NCBI GenBank assembly: GCA_964522845.1
Contig: CAZFZQ010000002.1
Location: 1-39,097 of the forward strand
Source of the DNA: an uncultured Gammaproteobacteria bacterium
Lineage (GTDB): Bacteria > Patescibacteriota > Patescibacteriia > GCA-002772895
Direction of reading: 5' to 3'
Length of the DNA: 39,097 nt
Part shown: positions 23,600-31,501 of the stretch, piece by piece
How the letters are laid out: the number at the start of each line of letters is the position of its first letter
Numbering within the stretch: the stretch's first letter is position 1
The notes under the pieces: generated by a model
What the model was told of the DNA's origin: nothing
The model's database searches: none
What the model saw: only the letters and a program-made list of their open reading frames with translations
Made by a program: the position numbers and the translations under genes

Positions 23600-24367
23600 A
23601 TGATATCTCTTTTTTGGAATGAATACTTATATCGCCCGCTTTTCAATATCTTGATCTATTTTTATAACGGCATTGCGGTGCAGAATATGGGCATGTCCGT
23701 TATTTATTTGACAATTCTTTTGCGCACGGCGCTTCTGCCGTTTTCTATCGCCAGCGTTTGGAACCAGGGATTTTACGCAAAATTATCGCACGAAATTTCC
23801 AAAATTGCCGCGACTCACAAAAATGATCCTATTTTGCAAAATCAGGAAATCAGGGAATTTTTGAAAAAGCACCGCGTTAATCCGTGGTCTAAGGCAATCG
23901 TGCTTGGCGTTCAGGCGCTAACTCTCGTTTTGCTGTACCAAGTTTTTATGGGCGGCATCAGGGGAAATAAATTTAACCAGTTATACGACTGGGTCAGGCG
24001 CCCGGATTTTGTGAATATCAGTTTCATGGGTTTTGATATCGGCGCGCGCAGCTTGTTATGGCCGGCTATCGTGGCGGTTTTTTTATTTATTGAAATAAGC
24101 TGGGAACAGCGGAAAAAGAAAGCGTTTCTTTTGAATACGGATATTGTGTACAAATATTTTTTTCCATTTTTTGTTTTTGTGACGCTTTATTTTTTGCCCA
24201 TGGCCAAGTCGCTTTTTATCTTGACTTCGCTCATCTTCTCAGCTATTGTGGTAGGAGGAATAGAGATGCTGTTTAAGGTGATAAATGCCGGGCCGGACGC
24301 GCTGGAGGCGGATGAAGATGAAGGGGAAGGCGAGAAAAAAAAAGAAAAAGGCGGAGGAAGTGATTAA
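23600..24367 (+). CDS. yidC: YidC/Oxa1-family membrane protein insertase (short form)
   Basis: Multi-pass membrane profile, YLTILLRTALLPFS and NPWS motifs, charged tail. Confidence 0.7.
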   Translation: MISLFWNEYLYRPLFNILIYFYNGIAVQNMGMSVIYLTILLRTALLPFSIASVWNQGFYAKLSHEISKIAATHKNDPILQNQEIREFLKKHRVNPWSKAIVLGVQALTLVLLYQVFMGGIRGNKFNQLYDWVRRPDFVNISFMGFDIGARSLLWPAIVAVFLFIEISWEQRKKKAFLLNTDIVYKYFFPFFVFVTLYFLPMAKSLFILTSLIFSAIVVGGIEMLFKVINAGPDALEADEDEGEGEKKKEKGGGSD

Positions 24368-24378
24368 GTTTTTTTATG

Positions 24379-24526
24379 CCCAGTAAGACCAACTTTGACC
24401 CCGATTATGCCTTTGGCATAATCGGAAAAAATCAATCTTGATTTCATTGGGTAAATATAGTAATTGGATAATTTTGATATAAGCTAAAAAGATCGGGTTA
24501 ATTATTTTCAAAGTTGTCTTACTGGG
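24379..24526. repeat. Spacer-spanning inverted repeat (19-20 nt arms) with an internal hairpin
   Basis: CCCAGTAAGACCAACTTTGA (24379-24398) pairs with TCAAAGTTGTCTTACTGGG (24508-24526). Inner hairpin CCGATTATGC-ctttg-GCATAATCGG. Confidence 0.7.
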
Positions 24527-24527
24527 T

Positions 24528-25148
24528 ATGGCCGATTCATTGGATAAAATTGTCTATTCGTTCGTGATGGAAGATGTCCTAAAGGGTTTGTTTATTCATG
24601 TCCCGCCCGGATATGTGGCATGTGTTTATGATTTGGGCCAGGGCGTTTTGAAAAAGGTTTTGACAGCCGGCTTGCATCTCAAAATTCCATTTTGGCAAAA
24701 AGCGAAATTATTTAACATTCAAACATTGGAGTACGGCATCTCAAACGAATTTAATCCGGAAAATATCAAGGGCTTGGGCGATACGCCGATTACGGCCGCC
24801 ACATCCGACGGCAAAGACATTCATATCCAGGGCACCATACTTTTGCGTTTGGACATTGAATACATTCCAATGATTTGGCAATGGGTGGGCGAGGACTTTG
24901 TGGCCAAAATCGTGCGGCCCACGGTAAGAAGCCGCCTGCGCCTTATTGCTTCGCGCTACGCGCACCAAGAGATCGTAACTTCCATGCGCGACGAGGTGGA
25001 GGTGGAGATAAAAAAAGAATTGGAACGTATTTTTTCTCCGCGCGGAATTCGAGTTGAAAACGTTTTACTTTCGGAAATAACCAAATCCGAAGGGTCGGGA
25101 GAAAAACCAAAAAGCGATTTGGAAAGATTTTATGAAAACAGGAGATAA
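24528..25148 (+). CDS. SPFH/Band 7 (prohibitin-like) domain protein
   Basis: VPPGYVACVYDLGQGV...GLHLKIPF and later SPFH-like segments. Confidence 0.7.
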   Translation: MADSLDKIVYSFVMEDVLKGLFIHVPPGYVACVYDLGQGVLKKVLTAGLHLKIPFWQKAKLFNIQTLEYGISNEFNPENIKGLGDTPITAATSDGKDIHIQGTILLRLDIEYIPMIWQWVGEDFVAKIVRPTVRSRLRLIASRYAHQEIVTSMRDEVEVEIKKELERIFSPRGIRVENVLLSEITKSEGSGEKPKSDLERFYENRR

Positions 25149-25169
25149 ATAATCTTGTGAAAAAAATTT

Positions 25170-25598
25170 ATGCGAGCGGATAGTGAATATAAAAAAACGA
25201 TAAGTGCCGGGGGCGTAGTCGTTAATAAAAATGGTGAAGTGCTGGTTGTCAGTCAGCATGGAACATCGTGGTCGCTCCCCAAAGGACACATAGACGAAGG
25301 AGAAGATGCAATAATTGCCGCGGAAAGGGAAATTTATGAAGAATCCGGAGTGAAGTCCTTAGAACTCATAAAAGAGCTGGGTAGTTACGAACGATACAAG
25401 ATTGATGAAAATGGCGGTGAAGATATGTCGGAATTAAAAAAGATCATCATTTTTTTATTTAAGACAAAAGAATTTTTTTTGCAGCCAGTGGATACCGAAA
25501 ACCCCGAAGCGAAATGGGTGGATAAGGAAAAAGTTGCAAATTTATTAACCCATCCAAAAGATAAAGAATTTTTTTTGCGGATTATCAAAGAAATATAA
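25170..25598 (+). CDS. NUDIX hydrolase
   Basis: Nudix box PKGHIDEGEDAIIAAEREIYEESGV. Confidence 0.85.
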   Translation: MRADSEYKKTISAGGVVVNKNGEVLVVSQHGTSWSLPKGHIDEGEDAIIAAEREIYEESGVKSLELIKELGSYERYKIDENGGEDMSELKKIIIFLFKTKEFFLQPVDTENPEAKWVDKEKVANLLTHPKDKEFFLRIIKEI

Positions 25599-27133
25599 TG
25601 TTTTTTATGGAAAAGTTTTATATCACAACGCCAATTTATTATATCAACGACAAGCCGCATATCGGCCACGCGTACACCACGATAACGGCTGACGTGCTTG
25701 CCAACTATAATCGCCTAAAAGGGCGAGATGTTTATTTTTTGACGGGTACGGACGAGAATTCGCAAAAAAATATTGAGGCCGCGAAAAAATTTTATAAAAA
25801 AGAAGATTTGTCTAAAGATGAAATTAAAAAATATTTGGACGGGATGGCGGCGACTTGGAAGGCCGCCTGGGAGAAATTAAAAATATCGAACACGGATTTT
25901 GTTCGGACAACCGAACCGCGGCACATTGAGGCGGTGCAGAAATTTTTCAAGCTCGTTTGGGACAAGGGCGATATTTACAAAGGATTTTACGAGGGCTATT
26001 ATTGCGAAGCGTGCGAAGAATTCAAAAGCGAAAAAGATTTGGTGGAGGGCTTTTGTCCAATTCATAAAACCGCGGTCAAAAAAATAAAAGAAGAAAATTA
26101 TTTTTTCCGTCTGACAAAATACCGCGAAAAACTTTTGAAGCATATAGAAAAAAATCCTGATTTTATAATGCCGGAATCGCGGAAGCATGAAGTGATAAAT
26201 TATATCAAAGATTTTTCTTCCGATATAAGCATCACGCGCGAATCAATGAAGTGGGGCATAGAAGTGCCGGAGATGCCCGGCCAAGTGCTTTATGTTTGGT
26301 TTGACGCGCTGATAAATTATTTATCAGGAATCGGATTTGGAGAAAATAACAACCCTTCTTCGCGTAAAGCTACGAAGGGCGCAAATCAATTTGCGAAATA
26401 TTGGCCCGCGGATCTGCATTTGGTGGGCAAGGATATTATTAAGTTTCATTGCGCGCTTTGGCCGGCCATGTTGCTGTCGGCAGGGCTTCCGCTTCCGAAG
26501 CAAGTTTTTGCGCACGGATTTTTTACCGTTGCCGGAGAAAAAATGTCCAAGTCGCTGGGAAATGTTGTTGATCCGGTTGCGGCGGCGGAAAAATACGGCC
26601 GCGATGCCCTACGGTATTATTTGTTGCGCGAAATTTCGTTCGGCGAGGACGGCGATTTTTCTTTCGCGCGATTGGAAGAAAGATATAATTCCGATTTGGT
26701 AAACGGCTTGGGAAATCTTGTCGCGCGTGTTTTTGCGCTGGCGGAAAAACATTTGGAAAAAATGCCAAAAGAAAAAGAAAGCTATCTTGAGGACTTTTGG
26801 AAAGAGTATGAAAAGAATATCTGCGAATTGAAATTGCATACCGCTTTGACCTTGATTTGGGAGGAGATTTCCAAGTGTGATATAATAGTAGATAAGGAAA
26901 AGCCGTGGGAGCTGGCAAGCACACAAAAGCATGGAAGCAAAAAAACAAAGAAGCAAGAAGACGAAGATAGAGAGAAATTGACTAAAGTTTTGAACGATTT
27001 ATTGGAAAGAATCAGGCAAATCGCTTTGGCTCTCCGTCCATTTTTGCCGGAAACCGCGGAAAAGATTTTGAATAAATTTGAAGGCAAGGAGCCGTTGAAA
27101 GGCGAACTATTATTTCCAAGATTAGAAAAATAA
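25598..27133 (+). CDS. metG: Methionyl-tRNA synthetase (core form; alternative start at 25607)
   Basis: TPIYYINDKPHIGHAYT (HIGH), KMSKS, and Zn knuckle CEACEE..CPIH. Confidence 0.95.
   Translation: MFFMEKFYITTPIYYINDKPHIGHAYTTITADVLANYNRLKGRDVYFLTGTDENSQKNIEAAKKFYKKEDLSKDEIKKYLDGMAATWKAAWEKLKISNTDFVRTTEPRHIEAVQKFFKLVWDKGDIYKGFYEGYYCEACEEFKSEKDLVEGFCPIHKTAVKKIKEENYFFRLTKYREKLLKHIEKNPDFIMPESRKHEVINYIKDFSSDISITRESMKWGIEVPEMPGQVLYVWFDALINYLSGIGFGENNNPSSRKATKGANQFAKYWPADLHLVGKDIIKFHCALWPAMLLSAGLPLPKQVFAHGFFTVAGEKMSKSLGNVVDPVAAAEKYGRDALRYYLLREISFGEDGDFSFARLEERYNSDLVNGLGNLVARVFALAEKHLEKMPKEKESYLEDFWKEYEKNICELKLHTALTLIWEEISKCDIIVDKEKPWELASTQKHGSKKTKKQEDEDREKLTKVLNDLLERIRQIALALRPFLPETAEKILNKFEGKEPLKGELLFPRLEK
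26353..26379. repeat. Intragenic GC-rich hairpin, family 3 (CCCTTC...GAAGGG)
   Basis: Encodes NPSSRKATKGA in metG. A sister copy lies at 28608. Confidence 0.55.
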
Positions 27134-27136
27134 TAT

Positions 27137-27652
27137 ATGGCCATTATTGATTTTATATTATTATTAGTCCTCTTTGGTTTTATTCTCTCCGGTTTTTGGT
27201 TTGGCTTGATGCATACTTTGGGCGCGCTCGTGGGCACAGTACTGGGCGTTTATTTATCCAGCCGATGGTATGAAGGAACGGCTCTCTGGGCGCAAAGCCA
27301 TCTCGCGGGATCGTTAAATGTTTGGAAGGTGATCGTTTTTATTTTGCTTTTTATTTTGATAAACCGTTTAATCGGTTTATTGTTTTATATTTTAGAAAAG
27401 ACCTTTGGCATTATTACCAATTTGCCGTTCCTTAAATCTATAGACAGATTGGCAGGCGCGGTGATGGGATTATTGGAAGGCGCGGTTGTCTTGGGAGGTT
27501 TGATTTTTATTGCCGATAGATTTCCGTTCGGACTGGAAGAAAAATTATTCGCCGTTTCGGCTTTGAAAAATTATTTTCTCGGAGTATTCAACATCCTTAT
27601 GCCTCTCGTGCCGGAAGTGCTGAAAACCGCGGATGGGCTGATAAAGAAGTAG
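27137..27652 (+). CDS. cvpA: CvpA-family membrane protein
   Basis: Four transmembrane segments and a CvpA-like N-terminus IIDFILLLVLFGFILSGFWFG. Confidence 0.7.
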   Translation: MAIIDFILLLVLFGFILSGFWFGLMHTLGALVGTVLGVYLSSRWYEGTALWAQSHLAGSLNVWKVIVFILLFILINRLIGLLFYILEKTFGIITNLPFLKSIDRLAGAVMGLLEGAVVLGGLIFIADRFPFGLEEKLFAVSALKNYFLGVFNILMPLVPEVLKTADGLIKK

Positions 27653-27704
27653 TAAGTAGCAAATAGAAGGTAGTAAGCAAAAAGCCTCTTGGCTTTCTTT
27701 TATT

Positions 27705-28823
27705 ATGAAGAATACAATTAAGAAAAAGGTTTTTGTAGCTTTATCCGGCGGGGTGGATTCGTCGGTGTCTTTATATTTATTAAAGAAAGCAGGTTATGAC
27801 GTGACTGCGGTTTTTATAAAAATCGGCGAAGAGATTGAACGGGCGGAAGGCGATGAAGTCAATGTTGATAAATGCTGGATAGGGGAGCGCAGAGACGCTA
27901 TGCGGGTCGCGGCTTATTTGGATGTGCCATTTTTAACTTTTGATTTTGATAAGGAGTATAAGAGTCAGGTGTTGGATTATTTTTATCGCGAATACAAAGC
28001 CGGCCGGACGCCGAATCCCGATGTAATGTGTAATAGAAAAATAAAATTTCCATTATTTTGGAAAAAAGCCAAAGCATTGGGCGCGGATTTTATGGCAACG
28101 GGGCATTACGCCCGAATTGCCAAAGGCAATCCGGGAAATTTCAAATTGTTGAAAGGAAAAGATAAAGAAAAAGACCAATCGTATTTTTTATATAACCTAA
28201 CATCGCGCGACCTTGAACACATTTTGTATCCGATTGGAAATTTAACAAAACCGGAAGTCCGGCGGATCGCCAAAGAAGCCGGACTTCCCACGGCGGAGAA
28301 AAAAGAAAGCCAGGGCCTGTGTTTTGTGGGACAAGTCAATATTCGCAATTTTTTGAAAACAAAAATCAAGCCAAAAAAAGGAAAAGTAGTTGATATGGCG
28401 GGAAAAATTGTTGGCGAACACGAGGGTTTGTATTATTACACCATTGGCCAGCGGCACGGCGTGGGCGTTTCCGGCGCGAGCGAGCCATATTTTGTCATTG
28501 GAAAAAATATCAAAAAAAACGAACTTGTTGTCGCCCCGCAAAAAGATGAAAAAAAGTTTTATAAAAAAGAACTGGCAGTCAGCGATTTAACTTGGGTTTC
28601 CGGCCTGCCCTTCGAAGCTTCAGCGAAGAAGGGTGCTCCTAAATTTCCCTTAAATTGTTCCGCCCGCATCCGCTATCGCGCGCCGCTCCAAAAATGCGAA
28701 GTGAAAAAGCGCGGCAAAGATTATGTTGTTAAATTTTTCTCCCCCCAGCGTGCCATCACGCCCGGCCAGTCGATCGTCTTTTACAAAGGCGAGGAAGTCC
28801 TTGGCGGCGGCATCATAGAATAA
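27705..28823 (+). CDS. mnmA: tRNA 2-thiouridine(34) synthase MnmA
   Basis: VALSGGVDSSVS PP-loop, NPDVMCN and QSYFLY motifs. Confidence 0.95.
   Translation: MKNTIKKKVFVALSGGVDSSVSLYLLKKAGYDVTAVFIKIGEEIERAEGDEVNVDKCWIGERRDAMRVAAYLDVPFLTFDFDKEYKSQVLDYFYREYKAGRTPNPDVMCNRKIKFPLFWKKAKALGADFMATGHYARIAKGNPGNFKLLKGKDKEKDQSYFLYNLTSRDLEHILYPIGNLTKPEVRRIAKEAGLPTAEKKESQGLCFVGQVNIRNFLKTKIKPKKGKVVDMAGKIVGEHEGLYYYTIGQRHGVGVSGASEPYFVIGKNIKKNELVVAPQKDEKKFYKKELAVSDLTWVSGLPFEASAKKGAPKFPLNCSARIRYRAPLQKCEVKKRGKDYVVKFFSPQRAITPGQSIVFYKGEEVLGGGIIE
28608..28633. repeat. Intragenic GC-rich hairpin, family 3 (CCCTTC...GAAGGG)
   Basis: Encodes LPFEASAKKGA in mnmA. Confidence 0.55.
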
Positions 28824-28866
28824 ACGTACGCAAGGTAATTTTATTATTTTGTCAGATAATTCTTTT

Positions 28867-28900
28867 TTGATATAATACTGCTATAGCACAATTATATCAA
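28867..28900. promoter_or_regulatory. Palindromic site 1 (TTGATATAAT-N14-ATTATATCAA) overlapping a -10 box
   Basis: 10-bp perfect inverted arms. TTGTCA-16 nt-TATAAT promoter geometry. Lies 9 nt before the regulator ATG. Confidence 0.6.
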
Positions 28901-28909
28901 AATTAACTT

Positions 28910-29455
28910 ATGGAGAAAAAATATAAAAAATTAGAAAAGTTTAAAAATAAATTATGTTTTGCTTTGAATGAAATCAACCTTTTTTTATTGCAATGGAAGC
29001 AAGCGATGGACTCTGTGCCCGGGACGATATATCCCGCAAAAATGCCGAAAGATTGGCGTTTTTATCAATTAGTCAGGCAAAAGTACATAATACGCGCCAA
29101 GGATAAAGACGGAAGGCATTTTTGGCGGCTGACGACCAAGGGTATGAATGTAGCGGAACTTTTGGCATTTAAATTGAATAAAGAAAAATGGGATAAGCAC
29201 TGGCGCATTTTAATATTTGATATACCGGAAAGGAGGAAAAAGTATCGTGAATTTTTAAGAAGAAAATTAAAAGAACTCGGGTTTTGCCAATTGCAAAAAA
29301 GCGTGTGGGTAACGCCGCATCCGATACCGGAATCGTTTGCGTGGTTTTTGAATAATTATAAGTTAGCCGATGATGTTCATTATATTGTGGCTGAAGAAAT
29401 CAGTAACAATAAGCGACTGGAAAATTTTTTTAAATTGAATCGGTCAAAAAAGTAA
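28910..29455 (+). CDS. PaaX-like (Cas2-fold middle domain) putative transcriptional regulator
   Basis: WRILIFDIPERRKKYREFLRRKLKELGFCQLQKSVWVTPHP signature. Confidence 0.65.
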   Translation: MEKKYKKLEKFKNKLCFALNEINLFLLQWKQAMDSVPGTIYPAKMPKDWRFYQLVRQKYIIRAKDKDGRHFWRLTTKGMNVAELLAFKLNKEKWDKHWRILIFDIPERRKKYREFLRRKLKELGFCQLQKSVWVTPHPIPESFAWFLNNYKLADDVHYIVAEEISNNKRLENFFKLNRSKK

Positions 29456-29457
29456 TT

Positions 29458-29491
29458 TAGATATAATACTGCTATCGCACGATTATATCAA
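29458..29491. promoter_or_regulatory. Palindromic site 2 (TAGATATAAT-N14-ATTATATCAA), a near-copy of site 1
   Basis: 31 of 34 positions are identical to 28867-28900. Lies 2 nt after the regulator stop. Confidence 0.6.
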
Positions 29492-29502
29492 GGATGAGTC
29501 AT

Positions 29503-29556
29503 TTGCAAAAAAATAAAAAAATAAAAAATAAAAAAGCTTGGAGAATTTCCAAGCTT
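29503..29556 (-). terminator. Rho-independent terminator (copy A of a duplicated terminator module)
   Basis: Minus strand reads AAGCTTGGA-aattc-TCCAAGCTT followed by a long T-rich run. Confidence 0.75.
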
Positions 29557-29576
29557 GAGGTTTATTCCATAGGGTT

Positions 29577-29650
29577 CCGGGTTGGCACCAGCCTAAGCGG
29601 ACGCATCACGCACTTTGAGGCATTGACGACGGGCTTGGTGACAGACCCGG
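29577..29650. other. GC-rich, strongly self-complementary element of unknown function in the 3' region of the minus-strand gene
   Basis: CCGGGTTGGCACCAGCC (29577-29593) pairs with GGCTTGGTGACAGACCCGG (29632-29650). About 17 bp with one mismatch and one bulge. Confidence 0.45.
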
Positions 29651-29696
29651 TTATTCGCCCCTTTAGGTAAAAAATATCCACCCTGCATCCAATGTA

Positions 29697-30167
29697 TTAT
29701 TCATCATCGTATCCCGGAAAAGGCCCAATAAATGATAGCGTATTGTTCGGCTCCGGGATTAGCAGTTTTTTCCTATCCCAAGAGTTCCAGTCATTATCTG
29801 CAACGCTCATATCTTTCAGTTTCATAAGGAGCAGCACGTAATCTTTGTTGTTATGGGGGAGTGTCGGTTCAATCGTATAATAAATTTTAGTTGAAGTGCT
29901 GCCCCCGCGCTTTACTACATGGGGGCATGTACTTTTTTCTTTGATAATAAATTCATTATTACAGAAATCATATATATGGAAGGTGGCGGTTTTAACTAGT
30001 TTTATTTGTGTGAGCTCGCCTTGGATTTTATAAATTTTTTTTGGTTCCAGCCAAAGAAGCAGATGGAGCGATAAAAAAATAATTATCAGCGGACTAGCTA
30101 ATACACATATGACGACGACGGCAGGATATTTTTCCCCAAAACTTTTTATTTTTTGTAATGAACCCAT
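29697..30167 (-). CDS. Membrane-anchored hypothetical protein (156 aa)
   Basis: AAGGAGGA SD, TTGACA-type promoter upstream, N-terminal transmembrane helix. Confidence 0.65.
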   Translation of the reverse strand: MGSLQKIKSFGEKYPAVVVICVLASPLIIIFLSLHLLLWLEPKKIYKIQGELTQIKLVKTATFHIYDFCNNEFIIKEKSTCPHVVKRGGSTSTKIYYTIEPTLPHNNKDYVLLLMKLKDMSVADNDWNSWDRKKLLIPEPNNTLSFIGPFPGYDDE

Positions 30168-30218
30168 GTAATCCTCCTTGTCCTTGCATACAATCTATCA
30201 CAAGAATCGATTCTGTCA

Positions 30219-30251
30219 ATAAAAAAAAGCCCGCATTGATATTATGTGGGC
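30219..30251 (-). terminator. Rho-independent terminator
   Basis: Minus strand reads GCCCAC...GCGGGC followed by T8. Confidence 0.65.
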
Positions 30252-30265
30252 CACAGGTAATATAT

Positions 30266-30622
30266 CTAACGGGTTTGTTTGCGGACTTCTTCTGCTCCAT
30301 AATCGACGCCGAGAAACGGGTCGTCATTTTTGTTAATTCCTTCTTGTGTTTCAATCCACAGCTGAAGGAGGTTCTCGTCGCCAATAACCTCCAAAACTGT
30401 GTTTCGATACATCAGAATTTTGCAAGGTGTCCTGGATCTATCAAAGAAGATTTTTGCGGGCACTCTTCTTGTAAATTTCTTTACGCAACGAAAAACCCGT
30501 TCGCGCCCTTGGTTATCTTTTCGCACTTGGAAGGAGATAACCGCCGCAGGTTCTTTTCGCCATCCCCAACCCGCGCTCCATATTCCCGACTCTTGAATGA
30601 ACTCGCTGGCCAGTTTGTACAT
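30266..30622 (-). CDS. Hypothetical cytoplasmic protein (118 aa)
   Basis: GGAGG lies 6 nt upstream of the ATG. Preferred over the Cys-rich + strand shadow ORF 30158-30730. Confidence 0.55.
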   Translation of the reverse strand: MYKLASEFIQESGIWSAGWGWRKEPAAVISFQVRKDNQGRERVFRCVKKFTRRVPAKIFFDRSRTPCKILMYRNTVLEVIGDENLLQLWIETQEGINKNDDPFLGVDYGAEEVRKQTR

Positions 30623-30685
30623 ATTGCCTCCATTTCGGCCGCTTGTAATTTTATATCACATGCTTGGCAAAATGTCAACAATCGC

Positions 30686-30719
30686 GAAAATAAAAAAAGC
30701 TTGGAGATTTTCCAAGCTT
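30686..30719 (-). terminator. Rho-independent terminator (copy B of the duplicated module)
   Basis: Same AAGCTTGGA/TCCAAGCTT hairpin as at 29534-29556, followed by a T-run. Confidence 0.75.
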
Positions 30720-30752
30720 GGGTTATGTAAAGAATTGGGTGGCCGAATATCC

Positions 30753-31391
30753 TTATTCGCCGCACACTGAGGCGTCAATTCTTGGATTTTGCCACCAAGG
30801 ATGTGTCTTCAAAAAATAGCTCCTTAAGAAGTATGCTTTAATTTTGCATCCTTTTTTTAGGTGGTTTACGTTTTTTGGATAAAGGATTCGATTATTATAA
30901 AACTTTTTTTCCAGCGGAAGGGTATCGCTATTGAACCATCCGGTTTTTTCAAATGCTTCTGCGGATATTTCTCGTGTTTTTCCACCAATATCCAAAAAAG
31001 AGGCTTTTATGTTGTAACCAACATATGTATCACATTGGGTATCCTGAGTTTTGGCTTCGCCATTTTTAAACATAATTTTTACAGGGCCATGACAAATTGT
31101 TTTTGTTTGTGCCTTACCAACATAAGTAATGATGCCATCTGAAGTATATAGCTGGTTTGGTTCACAAGTATAAAACAACCATCCAAGGCATGCGCAAACT
31201 CCAATAATTTTTATACTTTTTGCTGATAATCTACTCCAATCTATTGGCTGTCGCGGCTGTTTCGGCTTTTTGGGAACAGGATTTTGCAATTTGTGAATGA
31301 GCTGATTTTTTTCTTTCAGTTCTTTTTCGAGCTGAATGATGCGTTCTTGTGCGGCAACTTCATTATCCCTCAGGGGATTCATGTTGGTCAT
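30753..31391 (-). CDS. Hypothetical protein with an N-terminal coiled-coil, one transmembrane helix and a Cys-containing extracytoplasmic domain (212 aa)
   Basis: Long ORF with its own terminator, divergent from alaS. Confidence 0.65.
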   Translation of the reverse strand: MTNMNPLRDNEVAAQERIIQLEKELKEKNQLIHKLQNPVPKKPKQPRQPIDWSRLSAKSIKIIGVCACLGWLFYTCEPNQLYTSDGIITYVGKAQTKTICHGPVKIMFKNGEAKTQDTQCDTYVGYNIKASFLDIGGKTREISAEAFEKTGWFNSDTLPLEKKFYNNRILYPKNVNHLKKGCKIKAYFLRSYFLKTHPWWQNPRIDASVCGE

Positions 31392-31501
31392 TTTCCGTCC
31401 TCCTACTACATATATAATATAAAACTAACCGCTTGTCAAGCCAAGGGAAATGCTGTAAATTATAAGGTAGCCCCTCGATTTGCTCGGGGATTATAATTTT
31501 T

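Noticed and set aside
29494-29670. 58-aa plus-strand ORF (MSHLQKNKKIKNKK...) after palindrome site 2
   Set aside because: Its N-terminus is simply the A-run and hairpin of the minus-strand terminator, and the rest is the GC-rich stem element. There is no SD. It is more likely non-coding.
30158-30730. 190-aa plus-strand ORF in the orphan island
   Set aside because: It is Cys/Pro/Phe-rich, has no SD, and runs through two minus-strand terminators. The minus-strand 118-aa ORF, with GGAGG at 6 nt, is the better model.
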